Shown: positions 38,639 through 47,263 of the stretch, one piece after another
Position numbering within the stretch: the stretch's first letter is position 1
Layout: every line of letters starts with the position of its first letter
Assembly: GCA_965541585.1 (NCBI GenBank)
Contig: CBEUCH010000002.1
Coordinates: forward strand, 136,280 to 200,279
Source of the DNA: an uncultured bacterium
GTDB taxonomy: Bacteria; Zixibacteria; MSB-5A5; UBA10806
Length of the DNA: 64,000 nucleotides
Direction of reading: 5' to 3'
Notes under the pieces: model-generated
Databases searched by the model: none
What the model was told of the DNA's origin: nothing
Seen by the model: only the letters and a program-made list of their open reading frames with translations
Made by a program: the position numbers and the translations under genes

Positions 38639-38867
38639 GTAGGTGGGAGGCTCGTCTCCCCGCCCGCGTTTCTCGGGGTCGGCAGACAAGTCCAACGGAC
38701 CGGTAGAGGGCTACCGACCTACGACTGATTAAATCGAATATTTCCCGTAGGGGTCGATCTTGGATCGACCCGAAGAAAGCGGGCAGGTCCGAATGAGCGA
38801 AGCGAATGAGAAACCCGACATTATGCAGAAGTGTCGGCCTTCTCACTTCGTTCGGAGGCCGACCTAC
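38639..38867. repeat. Cluster of GTAG-family REP-like palindromes
   Basis: GTAG-GGGTCGATC-ttg-GATCGACCC (38747-38771), reverse GTAG-GTCGGCCT...AGGCCGAC (ending 38867), reverse GTAG-GTCGGTAG...CTGCCGAC (ending 38722), and GTAG-GTGGGAG...CTCCC (38639). Confidence 0.7.
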
Positions 38868-39011
38868 TTTTTTTGCAGAATCGCGCATTAACGCCGTTAG
38901 GCCTTGACAACAATGGTTATCGTTTGCTATAGAGCGTTGTCAATAATATATTTGGCGACCGGTACACAACCGTGTGCCCGACGACAATGGGAATCGAACA
39001 CCGGAGAGCAA

Positions 39012-40046
39012 ATGGCAAGAAATATCTCGACACGTATGGCCTTTGGGATTGGGGCCCGGACATTAAAGAATATAATGGTAAACAAGCCGATCTCTATTGC
39101 TCTCGAGGTAACGCATAACTGCACCGCCAATTGCCGTCATTGCGACAAGGGCGCGCCTGTCGAGGACAACGCTATCGGCGTAGCCGAATATAAGAGGATC
39201 TGCGAGAGTCTTACTCCCAGCGTAATTCAGATAGCCGGCGGCGAGCCGCTAAAACGCAAAGAACTGCCGGAGATAGTGCGGGCGTTGCACAGGCCCCACC
39301 GGCCGCCGCTTCTGGCGGTGGTCACCAACGCCTCGCTTCTGACGAAACAGATATATCTCGAACTCAGGGATGCGGGCGTAAATGAATTTTCGATATCGCT
39401 GGATTTCCCCGATAGCCGTCATGACGATTTCCGCCGCATCCCGGGATTGTTCGAAAAACTCGACAAACTGATCCCGGAACTTCATGCGCTTGGGAATAAT
39501 GACGTTATAGTCAACTGCTGTATAACGCGGGCCAATTACCCGTATCTCCTGGATATCGCCAGAAAGGTCTCGGACTGGGGCGTGAGGCTGAATTTTTCGA
39601 CCTATACCGACCTTCGCACCGACGATAAACAGTATAACCTCCGCCACCCGGAGGACACCGAAAAATTGAGCGCCATAATCGACGAGATGTATTCCCGTCG
39701 AAACGGCTACCACTCCGTAATGAATCCCGAGCGGGTGCTGCGTCGTTTCAACCAGTTTTACAAGAACGGCTGTTATATGCCGGGTTGTGATAATGGCAGG
39801 AGATTTTTGATTGTCAACCCTGACGGCAGGTTGACGCCGTGCGCCATGTTTTTTGAGCCACGTTATGACAGCCAGAAAGAGCTTATCGAACAGTTTTCAG
39901 ACAAAAAGGCCTGCGGCGGATGTTACATAGCGCTGCGCTCGAACACCGAAAAATCACCCTGGCATCTGCTATTTGATAACCTGAAATATGTCAGGGTCAA
40001 CGGAAAAAGACGCAGGCAAGTGGCGGGGAGAGCGACCGGCCGATAA
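39012..40046 (+). CDS. Radical SAM protein with twitch/SPASM-like C-terminus
   Basis: CTANCRHC, GGEPL, VTN, SISLD, CDNG...VNPDGRLTPC and CGGCY. Start moved to ATG 39012 (GGAG RBS). Confidence 0.9.
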   Translation: MARNISTRMAFGIGARTLKNIMVNKPISIALEVTHNCTANCRHCDKGAPVEDNAIGVAEYKRICESLTPSVIQIAGGEPLKRKELPEIVRALHRPHRPPLLAVVTNASLLTKQIYLELRDAGVNEFSISLDFPDSRHDDFRRIPGLFEKLDKLIPELHALGNNDVIVNCCITRANYPYLLDIARKVSDWGVRLNFSTYTDLRTDDKQYNLRHPEDTEKLSAIIDEMYSRRNGYHSVMNPERVLRRFNQFYKNGCYMPGCDNGRRFLIVNPDGRLTPCAMFFEPRYDSQKELIEQFSDKKACGGCYIALRSNTEKSPWHLLFDNLKYVRVNGKRRRQVAGRATGR

Positions 40047-40072
40047 AAAAACCCCGGCCTGATTGACCGGGG
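40045..40072 (-). terminator. Rho-independent terminator (minus strand)
   Basis: A7-CCCCGG-loop-CCGGGG on the plus strand. Confidence 0.55.
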
Positions 40073-40265
40073 CCCGGATGCCGGGTGCCTTGTGGGCATG
40101 GCGCTTCGCAGGTTATCCCGACAATTCCTTCAAAGATCTCGCTGAATAGAACTATGTTTTGATATGTATGGTTTCTACTTTTCAGCAGGTTTTTCGCAGG
40201 GTTATCTTACAGATCTCCATGATATTATGATATCCATGCGGGTCCATTTAGAACTTCCCTTAATA

Positions 40266-41153
40266 TCATTTTAGATATTCAGAAAGGCTTTCGCCGAAGC
40301 TTCGCGGGCGGAAATCGAAAAGCTCAAATAATGACCTGTCATCGGTATAGTTATCATCAAGCAGCATGGTTATCTGCTCGCCGGTGACGGGAAACCATGA
40401 GAACCGTCCCCATAGGGCCGCTTTCAATCTCATTATTCCCACAGGCGTATGGATCTTCCGGACCTTCTTTTTTCCGATAGCTTCTCCGATAATATCCAGG
40501 ATCCGGTTAAATGATAGAACCTCCGGCCCGCCGAATTCGAATACCTTTCCGATGGAGCGATCATCGCTGATTGCTCTTACGAAGCCTGTGCAGACATCAT
40601 CGATATGCACCGGCTGCAGCCTGTATTCACCGTCGCCTATCACCGGCACGACGGGCAGGTATTTGATCATGCGAGAGAACATGCCGGTCAGATGGTCACC
40701 CGGCCCGGTAATCATGGATGGCCTGAAGATAGTCCAGTTCAACCCGGATGATCTCAAATATTCTTCGGCTTTGAATTTTGATCTAATATAGCCGGTTTTC
40801 CCGTCGGGTCCCACTCCCAAGGCTGACATCTGCAGAAAACGAGAGATGCCTCTCGCTTTTGCAAAATCTACGAGATTCTTGGTGACCAGGGAATGAGCAT
40901 TTTCAAAAGTCACGCCCCTTGATGGAAACTCCCTGATTATGCCGACCAAGTTGATGATAACATCGCTGCTTTTATCCAGATCGGTAAGCGGTTGGCCCGG
41001 ATCAAGCGAAACAGTTTCGACTTCAGAGCGCTCGGGGATTTTCGCCTTCGAGCCGGGTTTTACAACGAGGGTTACGTGATGCCCGTCTCCCACCAACATT
41101 CTTACCAATGCCGAGCCGACAAAGCCGGTGCCTCCGGCGATGATTATTCTCAT
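40266..41153 (-). CDS. NDUFA9-like atypical SDR (NAD(P)-binding epimerase family)
   Basis: MRIIIAGGTGFVG, INLVGIIRE, QMSALG, Y..SK..AE, WTIFRPS and QPVHIDDV. Start moved to ATG 41153. Confidence 0.9.
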   Translation of the reverse strand: MRIIIAGGTGFVGSALVRMLVGDGHHVTLVVKPGSKAKIPERSEVETVSLDPGQPLTDLDKSSDVIINLVGIIREFPSRGVTFENAHSLVTKNLVDFAKARGISRFLQMSALGVGPDGKTGYIRSKFKAEEYLRSSGLNWTIFRPSMITGPGDHLTGMFSRMIKYLPVVPVIGDGEYRLQPVHIDDVCTGFVRAISDDRSIGKVFEFGGPEVLSFNRILDIIGEAIGKKKVRKIHTPVGIMRLKAALWGRFSWFPVTGEQITMLLDDNYTDDRSLFELFDFRPRSFGESLSEYLK

Positions 41154-41303
41154 TCCCTGGTCCTCATTGCAATGAGATGAATATATTAAATAGATGCAAA
41201 GATGCAAATTAATTAGGAATTAAGGAGATGACCTAAAATCGATTGACCGATACGCAATCCCCCGGTAATATTGTGAAAAGGATCTTAACGGGGAGGCGAT
41301 CTT

Positions 41304-41951
41304 ATGCTGCCGAATTTGATCTCCTTAGTACGAGTGGCCCTGGTGTTTGTGGCTATCTGGCTTTTCACGCTGGGATTCTACTCCAGACTTTCGGCTACAC
41401 TCTTGACCATATTGATAATCTACATGGATTCCCTTGACGGCTATGTTGCTCGCAAGCTGAATGTCGCCTCCGATTTCGGCGCACTCTTAGATATCGCCGG
41501 CGATCGTATAGTAGAGGCTGCTTATTGGATATTTTTTGCCTGGCAGGGGCTTTTCAGTTTCTGGGTGCCGATGATTGTTGTCACCCGCGGCTTCATGACC
41601 GACCTGATCAGAAGCGCCGCCTTCGCCGAGGGTAAGACCCCTTTCGGCAAGAAAACGCATCTGGAATCGAAAATCGCCCGCTTTATCTGCGCCAGCCGGT
41701 TTTCCCGCGGGGTATATGCGGGCACTAAAGTGGTCGCCTTCGTCTGGTTGGGGATATATCTGACGGTCATTTCCGGCATAGAAAGGTTTGGCTGGAGTAT
41801 TGCGGATTCGATCGTGCAAATCATATATACGGTTGGAATCGTACTGGTCTATATTACGGTCGTGATGTGTATAATCAGGGGAATTCCCATAATCTGGGAA
41901 TCGAGACATCTGCTTCTGGCGAAGAAATACCCATGGAAAACCCCCGATTGA
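41304..41951 (+). CDS. CDP-alcohol phosphatidyltransferase (PgsA-like)
   Basis: PNLISLVR and the signature DSLDGYVARK...FGALLDIAGDR. Confidence 0.92.
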   Translation: MLPNLISLVRVALVFVAIWLFTLGFYSRLSATLLTILIIYMDSLDGYVARKLNVASDFGALLDIAGDRIVEAAYWIFFAWQGLFSFWVPMIVVTRGFMTDLIRSAAFAEGKTPFGKKTHLESKIARFICASRFSRGVYAGTKVVAFVWLGIYLTVISGIERFGWSIADSIVQIIYTVGIVLVYITVVMCIIRGIPIIWESRHLLLAKKYPWKTPD

Positions 41952-42589
41952 TCGTTTTCGATATCGATGGTACGCTTTTGCCCGGCACCTCCTGCGAGCG
42001 GCTGTTTTTCAGGCATTTATTGCGTAAGAGAATAATCGGCCTGCGGAATTTATTCAGTTTCGGAAAAAGAGCGATAGCCCTGGTACCCAGGGGATACGCC
42101 TATGCCCTTAAAGCCAATAAGGGCTACCTGCGCGGATTCTCGCCGGATTATATGGCTGGAATCGGGCGGGAGTTTTTTAAAGATCAGGTATCAAAAAGAA
42201 TATCGGCGAAAGGAATCTCGCGGATCGAGGAACACCGTCGAAACGGTGACAACATAATATTACTATCGGGCATGTCGGATTTCCTGTTACGAAATTTCTC
42301 AGAATATCTCAACGTTGATGAACAGATTGGCAGCACACTCGAGATCGATGCCGGTAAATTCACCGGCCGGACAATCGGTCACTTTCCCCTGGCCAAAGGA
42401 AAGATCGAGGTATTAATGCCGCTGCTTGAAAAATACCGCCTTGACTGGTCCGATCTGACCGCCTATGCGGATCATGGTCTCGATAGATACCTGCTGGAAA
42501 AGGTCGGTCATCCGGTGGCGGTCAATCCCGGAGCGGATCTTAAGAAGATAGCTAAGAGTAATGGCTGGCCTGTAGAGAGTTTCGATTAG
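41933..42589 (+). CDS. HAD-IB family phosphatase
   Basis: VFDIDGTL, LLSG, GKFTG, K, AYADHGLD..LL..VGHPVAVNP. Start moved to ATG 41933. Confidence 0.9.
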   Translation: MENPRLIVFDIDGTLLPGTSCERLFFRHLLRKRIIGLRNLFSFGKRAIALVPRGYAYALKANKGYLRGFSPDYMAGIGREFFKDQVSKRISAKGISRIEEHRRNGDNIILLSGMSDFLLRNFSEYLNVDEQIGSTLEIDAGKFTGRTIGHFPLAKGKIEVLMPLLEKYRLDWSDLTAYADHGLDRYLLEKVGHPVAVNPGADLKKIAKSNGWPVESFD

Positions 42590-42645
42590 GCGCTTAACTT
42601 TATTTTTCGCTTCAAAATAACCTTGCATTGCCATATCTTCCGCCT

Positions 42646-44163
42646 ATGCGTGTACTGTTATTGAATCCTCCGTTTCTGGCGCCCGGAGATGCAGGTCTCG
42701 GATTGTCCTTTCCCATGGGTCTGGCATATCTGGGGGCGGCGTTAAAGAAAGCCGGTATCGAAGTGGAAGCCCTCGATGCGGCGGCGGAGGCCTCGCCTGT
42801 AGAGGTCGAAAAAGGTCTGATGTGCTACGGCCTGGAGCCAGATGAACTTCATAAACGTATTGCAGATATCAAACCGGACGTGGTAGGCATAAGCTGTTTT
42901 TTCTCATCCCGTTTCCCGGCCGTGCTGGAAGCGGCCAAGATCATAAAAGAGATCGATAACAAGATAATAACCATAACGGGAGGAATACATCCGTCATTAA
43001 TGCCCGAAGGCGTCTGCTCGCATCCGGAGATCGATTTCGCCGCGGTCGGCGAGGGCGAGCGGATCATCGTTGACTTTGTCGATGCGGTATCCGGTGAAAC
43101 ATCTTTCGATGATATCGAGGGCCTGGCTTTCAAAAAGGATGGACAGGTCATCGTCAACTCCAGGAACAGCTATATAGAGGATCTCGATGACCTCGGCTTC
43201 CCCGCCTGGGACCTGTTCGATATGGAACGCTATCTCACTATAGGCGAAGGCCGCTGGGGATTGGGCTACGGCCGTTATGCCCCGGTTGTTACATCCCGCA
43301 GTTGCCCCTACCGATGCACCTTCTGCAGTATTCATTCGGTTATGGGGCCGAAATACCGCGCCCATTCCCCCGGTTATGTGGTCGATATGATCGAAACTCT
43401 CGTTAGGAAATACGGCGTCGATGAGATCTCATTCGAGGACGACAATCTAACGTATGATAAGAATAGATTCGTTGATATCTGCAAAGGTATAGCGGATCGG
43501 CAGATAAAAATCCGCTGGAATACACCTAACGGCGTTCACGTGGGATCGCTGGATCGGGATTCGCTGGAATGGGCAAAAAAAGCCGGATGCGATTCGCTGA
43601 ACCTGGCGGTTGAATCGGGCGATGATTTCATCAGGAATAAAGTCATAAAGAAGGGCTTGAACTCTGAGAAGATCTACGAGGTCGCGGAGGCTTGCCGGGA
43701 GGCAGGGATCAGGGCCAACGCTTATTTTGTCATCGGGATGCCGGGCGAGACCGAGGATTCGATAAGTAAATCGCAAAAGTTTATCAGAGATCTCAAGTTC
43801 AATAACCTCTCCATATTCATCGCCACGCCGATGCCCGGCACGAAGCTATATGATGAATGTATCGAGAAGGGATATATCGACGTGGATTCGTTTGATACCG
43901 ATTTCATCAGCTACCAGGCGACGATCTTCACACAGCCGTCGATCCGGACGCCGGATTTCGACAGGGAAAAGATTATGATCTGGCGTCACCGTTTATACGT
44001 GGCCTATTACAGGGCGACGCTGAGAGACAGATTCTGGGGCTGGCTGTTCACCAGTCCCCGGGCCTGGGTATCGATGATGATGAAGATTGCGCTGTATGCC
44101 TTATTCGGAGCGCGGCGGAGCTATAAGCTGACGGAATTTATCAAGAGCCTGGTAAAAAGATAA
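42646..44163 (+). CDS. Cobalamin-binding radical SAM protein (class B)
   Basis: RVLLLNPP, PMGLAYL, DVVGISC, GGIHPS, GEGE, TSRSCPYRCTFC, FEDDNL, AVESG, IGMPGET and PMPGT.LY. Confidence 0.92.
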   Translation: MRVLLLNPPFLAPGDAGLGLSFPMGLAYLGAALKKAGIEVEALDAAAEASPVEVEKGLMCYGLEPDELHKRIADIKPDVVGISCFFSSRFPAVLEAAKIIKEIDNKIITITGGIHPSLMPEGVCSHPEIDFAAVGEGERIIVDFVDAVSGETSFDDIEGLAFKKDGQVIVNSRNSYIEDLDDLGFPAWDLFDMERYLTIGEGRWGLGYGRYAPVVTSRSCPYRCTFCSIHSVMGPKYRAHSPGYVVDMIETLVRKYGVDEISFEDDNLTYDKNRFVDICKGIADRQIKIRWNTPNGVHVGSLDRDSLEWAKKAGCDSLNLAVESGDDFIRNKVIKKGLNSEKIYEVAEACREAGIRANAYFVIGMPGETEDSISKSQKFIRDLKFNNLSIFIATPMPGTKLYDECIEKGYIDVDSFDTDFISYQATIFTQPSIRTPDFDREKIMIWRHRLYVAYYRATLRDRFWGWLFTSPRAWVSMMMKIALYALFGARRSYKLTEFIKSLVKR

Positions 44164-44174
44164 ATCCGGCCTGT

Positions 44175-44948
44175 TTATCTCAGCAGGATCATTTTCCTAT
44201 CGAACGTTCTATCGGGAGCGGTCATCCTGACAATATAGATGCCTGAGGCGACCGGCTTGCCGGCGCTGTTTTTGCCGTCCCAGACTGCCAGGTGGTATCC
44301 GGCCGGCATTACCCCATGGACCGGGACGTCGACCCTTCGCCCGACTATATCGTAGATCACGATTTTGACCTCCGACTCCTCCGGCAGGCCGAATTTTATG
44401 CTGGTCGAAGAATTAAAGGGGTTGGGATAGTTCTTATCCAGAACGTAATCGGCGGGGATGGACAGCGGGTCTTCCTCCTCCAGGCCGGTAAGAGGCTCGC
44501 CTATTACCTCGACCTTCCAGTAATACCAGGTAACGACGCGGTCGGGAAACATATCGAAGCTGTTCATGACCCAGGGGCCGTAGGAATCCAGGCCGACGTA
44601 ATCGTCGAGGTGGCCGGGGCCGTCCACCTCCCTGTCGGTGTCATACCAGAAAAAATACCAGTTCACGCGATCCCCGCCCCAGTCGTTGAGCCTGACAGTG
44701 GCTCCGCTGGGCGAAAATATGTCGATCCAGACCTGCTCCGCCCAGGCATTGTTTTCATCGGTTCCGATGGCGATGAAGAAGTTTATATCCTCTATCATGA
44801 CATGGACCGGCACGAATATGGTATCTGATATGCCGGTGGAATCGAAATCGGGGATCTCCAGGTTGACGTCGGACCGATATTCATACCTGTCGCCGTAAGC
44901 CGGCGAGGCCAGAAGCAATAGCGCCGTAATAATAAATATATATTTCAT
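44175..44948 (-). CDS. Proprotein-convertase P-domain-like protein with T9SS/FlgD-like C-terminal domain (copy B2)
   Basis: Signal peptide, IPDFDSTGISDTI..IEDIN..SPSGATVRL..L....G....G.W P-domain pattern, and NYPNPFN...WDGKN..GKPVASGIY. Confidence 0.85.
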   Translation of the reverse strand: MKYIFIITALLLLASPAYGDRYEYRSDVNLEIPDFDSTGISDTIFVPVHVMIEDINFFIAIGTDENNAWAEQVWIDIFSPSGATVRLNDWGGDRVNWYFFWYDTDREVDGPGHLDDYVGLDSYGPWVMNSFDMFPDRVVTWYYWKVEVIGEPLTGLEEEDPLSIPADYVLDKNYPNPFNSSTSIKFGLPEESEVKIVIYDIVGRRVDVPVHGVMPAGYHLAVWDGKNSAGKPVASGIYIVRMTAPDRTFDRKMILLR

Positions 44949-45697
44949 GGCATCACCTCCGGATCGATGAATTTGGTGATTTCGATGAGGTTGTATTTTT
45001 TCTCTCTGTCACCAGAAACACCATACATGAATCGTGCATAGATCTGATAATTTCTAATCCTCATTTTGTTCGGTTTATCAACATATTCGAGAAAATAATT
45101 AATCTCCTCGTCGATCCGCTTGAACGCTTTTTCTTTAGCTATCATAAATGACGGCGAGATTTTTTCCACTTCCTTTTGCAAATTCGTCGCGTCGTATCTG
45201 AAATCGCCCGGGACAGCCCTGTAGAAAGAAAGGAATTTACCCAGCCAGCCGGATAAGACGTAGACGGTATCTCCGCGGGCATACTTGACATAGCATTCGC
45301 GCCGCCAAACCCCGCTATCGCCCATCGTAAATTCGTAACCGGTCAAGTTCTCCAGAACGAAATCATCGTAGTAAGTAGCGCGTATATTTCGCGTAAGTAA
45401 ACTCTCGATCTCGGAAAATTCCGCATCTGTAAAGTTCGTAGTATCGGCGCCCTCCGGCGATCGGAAGTAATCAGCCGGGCTTTCAGGGTTTTCTCCCCTG
45501 GCCCAATCTTGTACTCCTATACTAGCAATCGAAGATGGGAATATGCCGAGGTATATTTGCTGACTTCTGGAATATATTCTTATTGGCCCCACTAATCTAA
45601 ATTCACTCTCACCTGCGTAAACTGGTTGTAAAGAGAATAAAAGTAGCTGACCTATTATAATCCAGATTGCCTTATTTGTAAAAAATCGCCTTTTCAT
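44945..45697 (-). CDS. Secreted hypothetical protein (paralog A2)
   Basis: Signal peptide; shares P.DYFR.P.GADTT, YDDF.LENL.GYE.TMG, YARGDT.YV.SGWLGKFLSFYRAVPG and KYNLIE.T.FID with 46501..47244. Confidence 0.85.
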   Translation of the reverse strand: MKRRFFTNKAIWIIIGQLLLFSLQPVYAGESEFRLVGPIRIYSRSQQIYLGIFPSSIASIGVQDWARGENPESPADYFRSPEGADTTNFTDAEFSEIESLLTRNIRATYYDDFVLENLTGYEFTMGDSGVWRRECYVKYARGDTVYVLSGWLGKFLSFYRAVPGDFRYDATNLQKEVEKISPSFMIAKEKAFKRIDEEINYFLEYVDKPNKMRIRNYQIYARFMYGVSGDREKKYNLIEITKFIDPEVMP

Positions 45698-45730
45698 GGC
45701 ATCACATCCTCATCCATGAATCCGGCCTGT

Positions 45731-46504
45731 TTATCTGAGCAGGATCATTTTCCTATCGAACGTTCTATCGGGTGCGGTCATCCTGATCATATAGATGCCT
45801 GAGGCGACCGGTTTGCCGGTGCTGTTTCTGCCGTCCCAGACTGCCACGTGGTATCCGGCCGGCATTACCCCATGGACCGGGACGTCGACCCTTCGCCCGA
45901 CTATATCGTAGATCACGATTTTGACCTCCGACTCCTCCGGCAGGCCGAATTTTATGCTGGTCGAAGAATTAAAGGGGTTGGGATAGTTCTTATCCAGAAC
46001 GTAATCGGCGGGGATGGACAGCGGGTCTTCCTCCTCCAGGCCGGTAAGAGGCTCGCCTATTACCTCGACCTTCCAGTAATACCAGGTAACGACGCGGTCG
46101 GGAAACATATCGAAGCTGTTCATGACCCAGGGGCCGTAGGAATCCAGGCCGACGTAATCGTCGAGGTGGCCGGGGCCGTCCACCTCCCTGTCGGTGTCAT
46201 ACCAGAAAAAATACCAGTTCACGCGATCCCCGCCCCAGTCGTTGAGCCTGACAGTGGCTCCGCTGGGCGAAAATATGTCGATCCAGACCTGCTCCGCCCA
46301 GGCATTGTTTTCATCGGTTCCGATGGCGATGAAGAAGTTTATATCCTCTATCATGACATGGACCGGCACGAATATGGTATCTGATATGCCGGTGGAATCG
46401 AAATCGGGGATCTCCAGGTTGACGTCGGACCGATATTCATACCTGTCGCCGTAAGCCGGCGAGGCCAAACGCAATAGCGCCGGTATAATGATTAAATACC
46501 TCAT
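45731..46504 (-). CDS. Proprotein-convertase P-domain-like protein with T9SS/FlgD-like C-terminal domain (copy B1)
   Basis: Nearly identical to 44175..44948; ATGA overlap with A1. Confidence 0.85.
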   Translation of the reverse strand: MRYLIIIPALLRLASPAYGDRYEYRSDVNLEIPDFDSTGISDTIFVPVHVMIEDINFFIAIGTDENNAWAEQVWIDIFSPSGATVRLNDWGGDRVNWYFFWYDTDREVDGPGHLDDYVGLDSYGPWVMNSFDMFPDRVVTWYYWKVEVIGEPLTGLEEEDPLSIPADYVLDKNYPNPFNSSTSIKFGLPEESEVKIVIYDIVGRRVDVPVHGVMPAGYHVAVWDGRNSTGKPVASGIYMIRMTAPDRTFDRKMILLR

Positions 46505-47244
46505 GGTATTACATCCTCGTCTATGAATCTGGTTACTTCTATTAAATTATATTTTAATGTCTCGCCCTGCCTGGTGTCATCAAAGATGAAGGTTGCATCT
46601 ACCAGATAGTTCCTGACCCGCATCATGTTTTCCTTATCAACGTATTCGAGCAGGTAGTTGCGTTCCTCGTCGATTTGCTTAAAAGACTTCCCTTTGGTTT
46701 TCCGATACGAAGGTGAAATAAGTTCAACCTGATTCTGCAATTCGTCAATATCATATCTGAAATTGCCCGGAACGGCCCTATAAAATGAAAGAAACTTCCC
46801 CAGCCAGCCGGATATGACATATATTGTATCTCCCCGGGCATAATAAATGTGGTATTCGCGCCTGTGAACAGATCCTTTGCCCATGGTGTATTCATAGCCG
46901 TCTAAGTTTTCCAGGATAAAGTCATCGTAAAAGGAGTTATAGACGTTTTCTGTCAGCAACTCTCTTACTTCCGAAAATTCTCTGTCTATAATGGTCGTTG
47001 TATCGGCGCCATCGGGCTCCCGGAAATAATCACCGGGGGTCTTGGGAAATCGCTGCCGTATCCAGTCTTGCATATTTCCATCCGGCATTGGAAATTGATA
47101 TGGGGTTAGATAATGAATATGGAGTGTATAGCCCTCCAGCGGTCTCTTTATGATCTTGAGCTCGCTGTCCGCCGCAACGGAGCTTTGAAGCAAGTTAATT
47201 GAGAACCATAACATTAGAACATATTTAGCTTTTGAGATCATCAT
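46501..47244 (-). CDS. Secreted hypothetical protein (paralog A1)
   Basis: True start at 47244 (GGAGGAG RBS, signal peptide MMISKAKYVLMLWFSINLLQSSVAA); paralog of A2. Confidence 0.85.
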   Translation of the reverse strand: MMISKAKYVLMLWFSINLLQSSVAADSELKIIKRPLEGYTLHIHYLTPYQFPMPDGNMQDWIRQRFPKTPGDYFREPDGADTTTIIDREFSEVRELLTENVYNSFYDDFILENLDGYEYTMGKGSVHRREYHIYYARGDTIYVISGWLGKFLSFYRAVPGNFRYDIDELQNQVELISPSYRKTKGKSFKQIDEERNYLLEYVDKENMMRVRNYLVDATFIFDDTRQGETLKYNLIEVTRFIDEDVIP

Positions 47245-47263
47245 CTCCTCCAAAAGATAGTAA

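Larger units (their letters stand above)
44163..46482. repeat. ~760-bp direct repeat (44163-44926 and 45719-46482, offset 1556)
   Basis: The central ~600 bp appear identical (even the antisense ORFs are identical). Differences are confined to the signal peptide and the last ~40 codons. Confidence 0.95.

Noticed and set aside
38592-38888. 98-aa minus-strand ORF
   Set aside because: It runs across the REP palindromes and has no coding features.
40100-40250. Short direct repeat TTCGCAGG(G)TTATC...AGATCTC and a tiny ORF ending TGC-TGA (possible selenocysteine)
   Set aside because: Only two degenerate copies. The frame closes nine codons later and there is no recognisable SECIS or selenoprotein motif.
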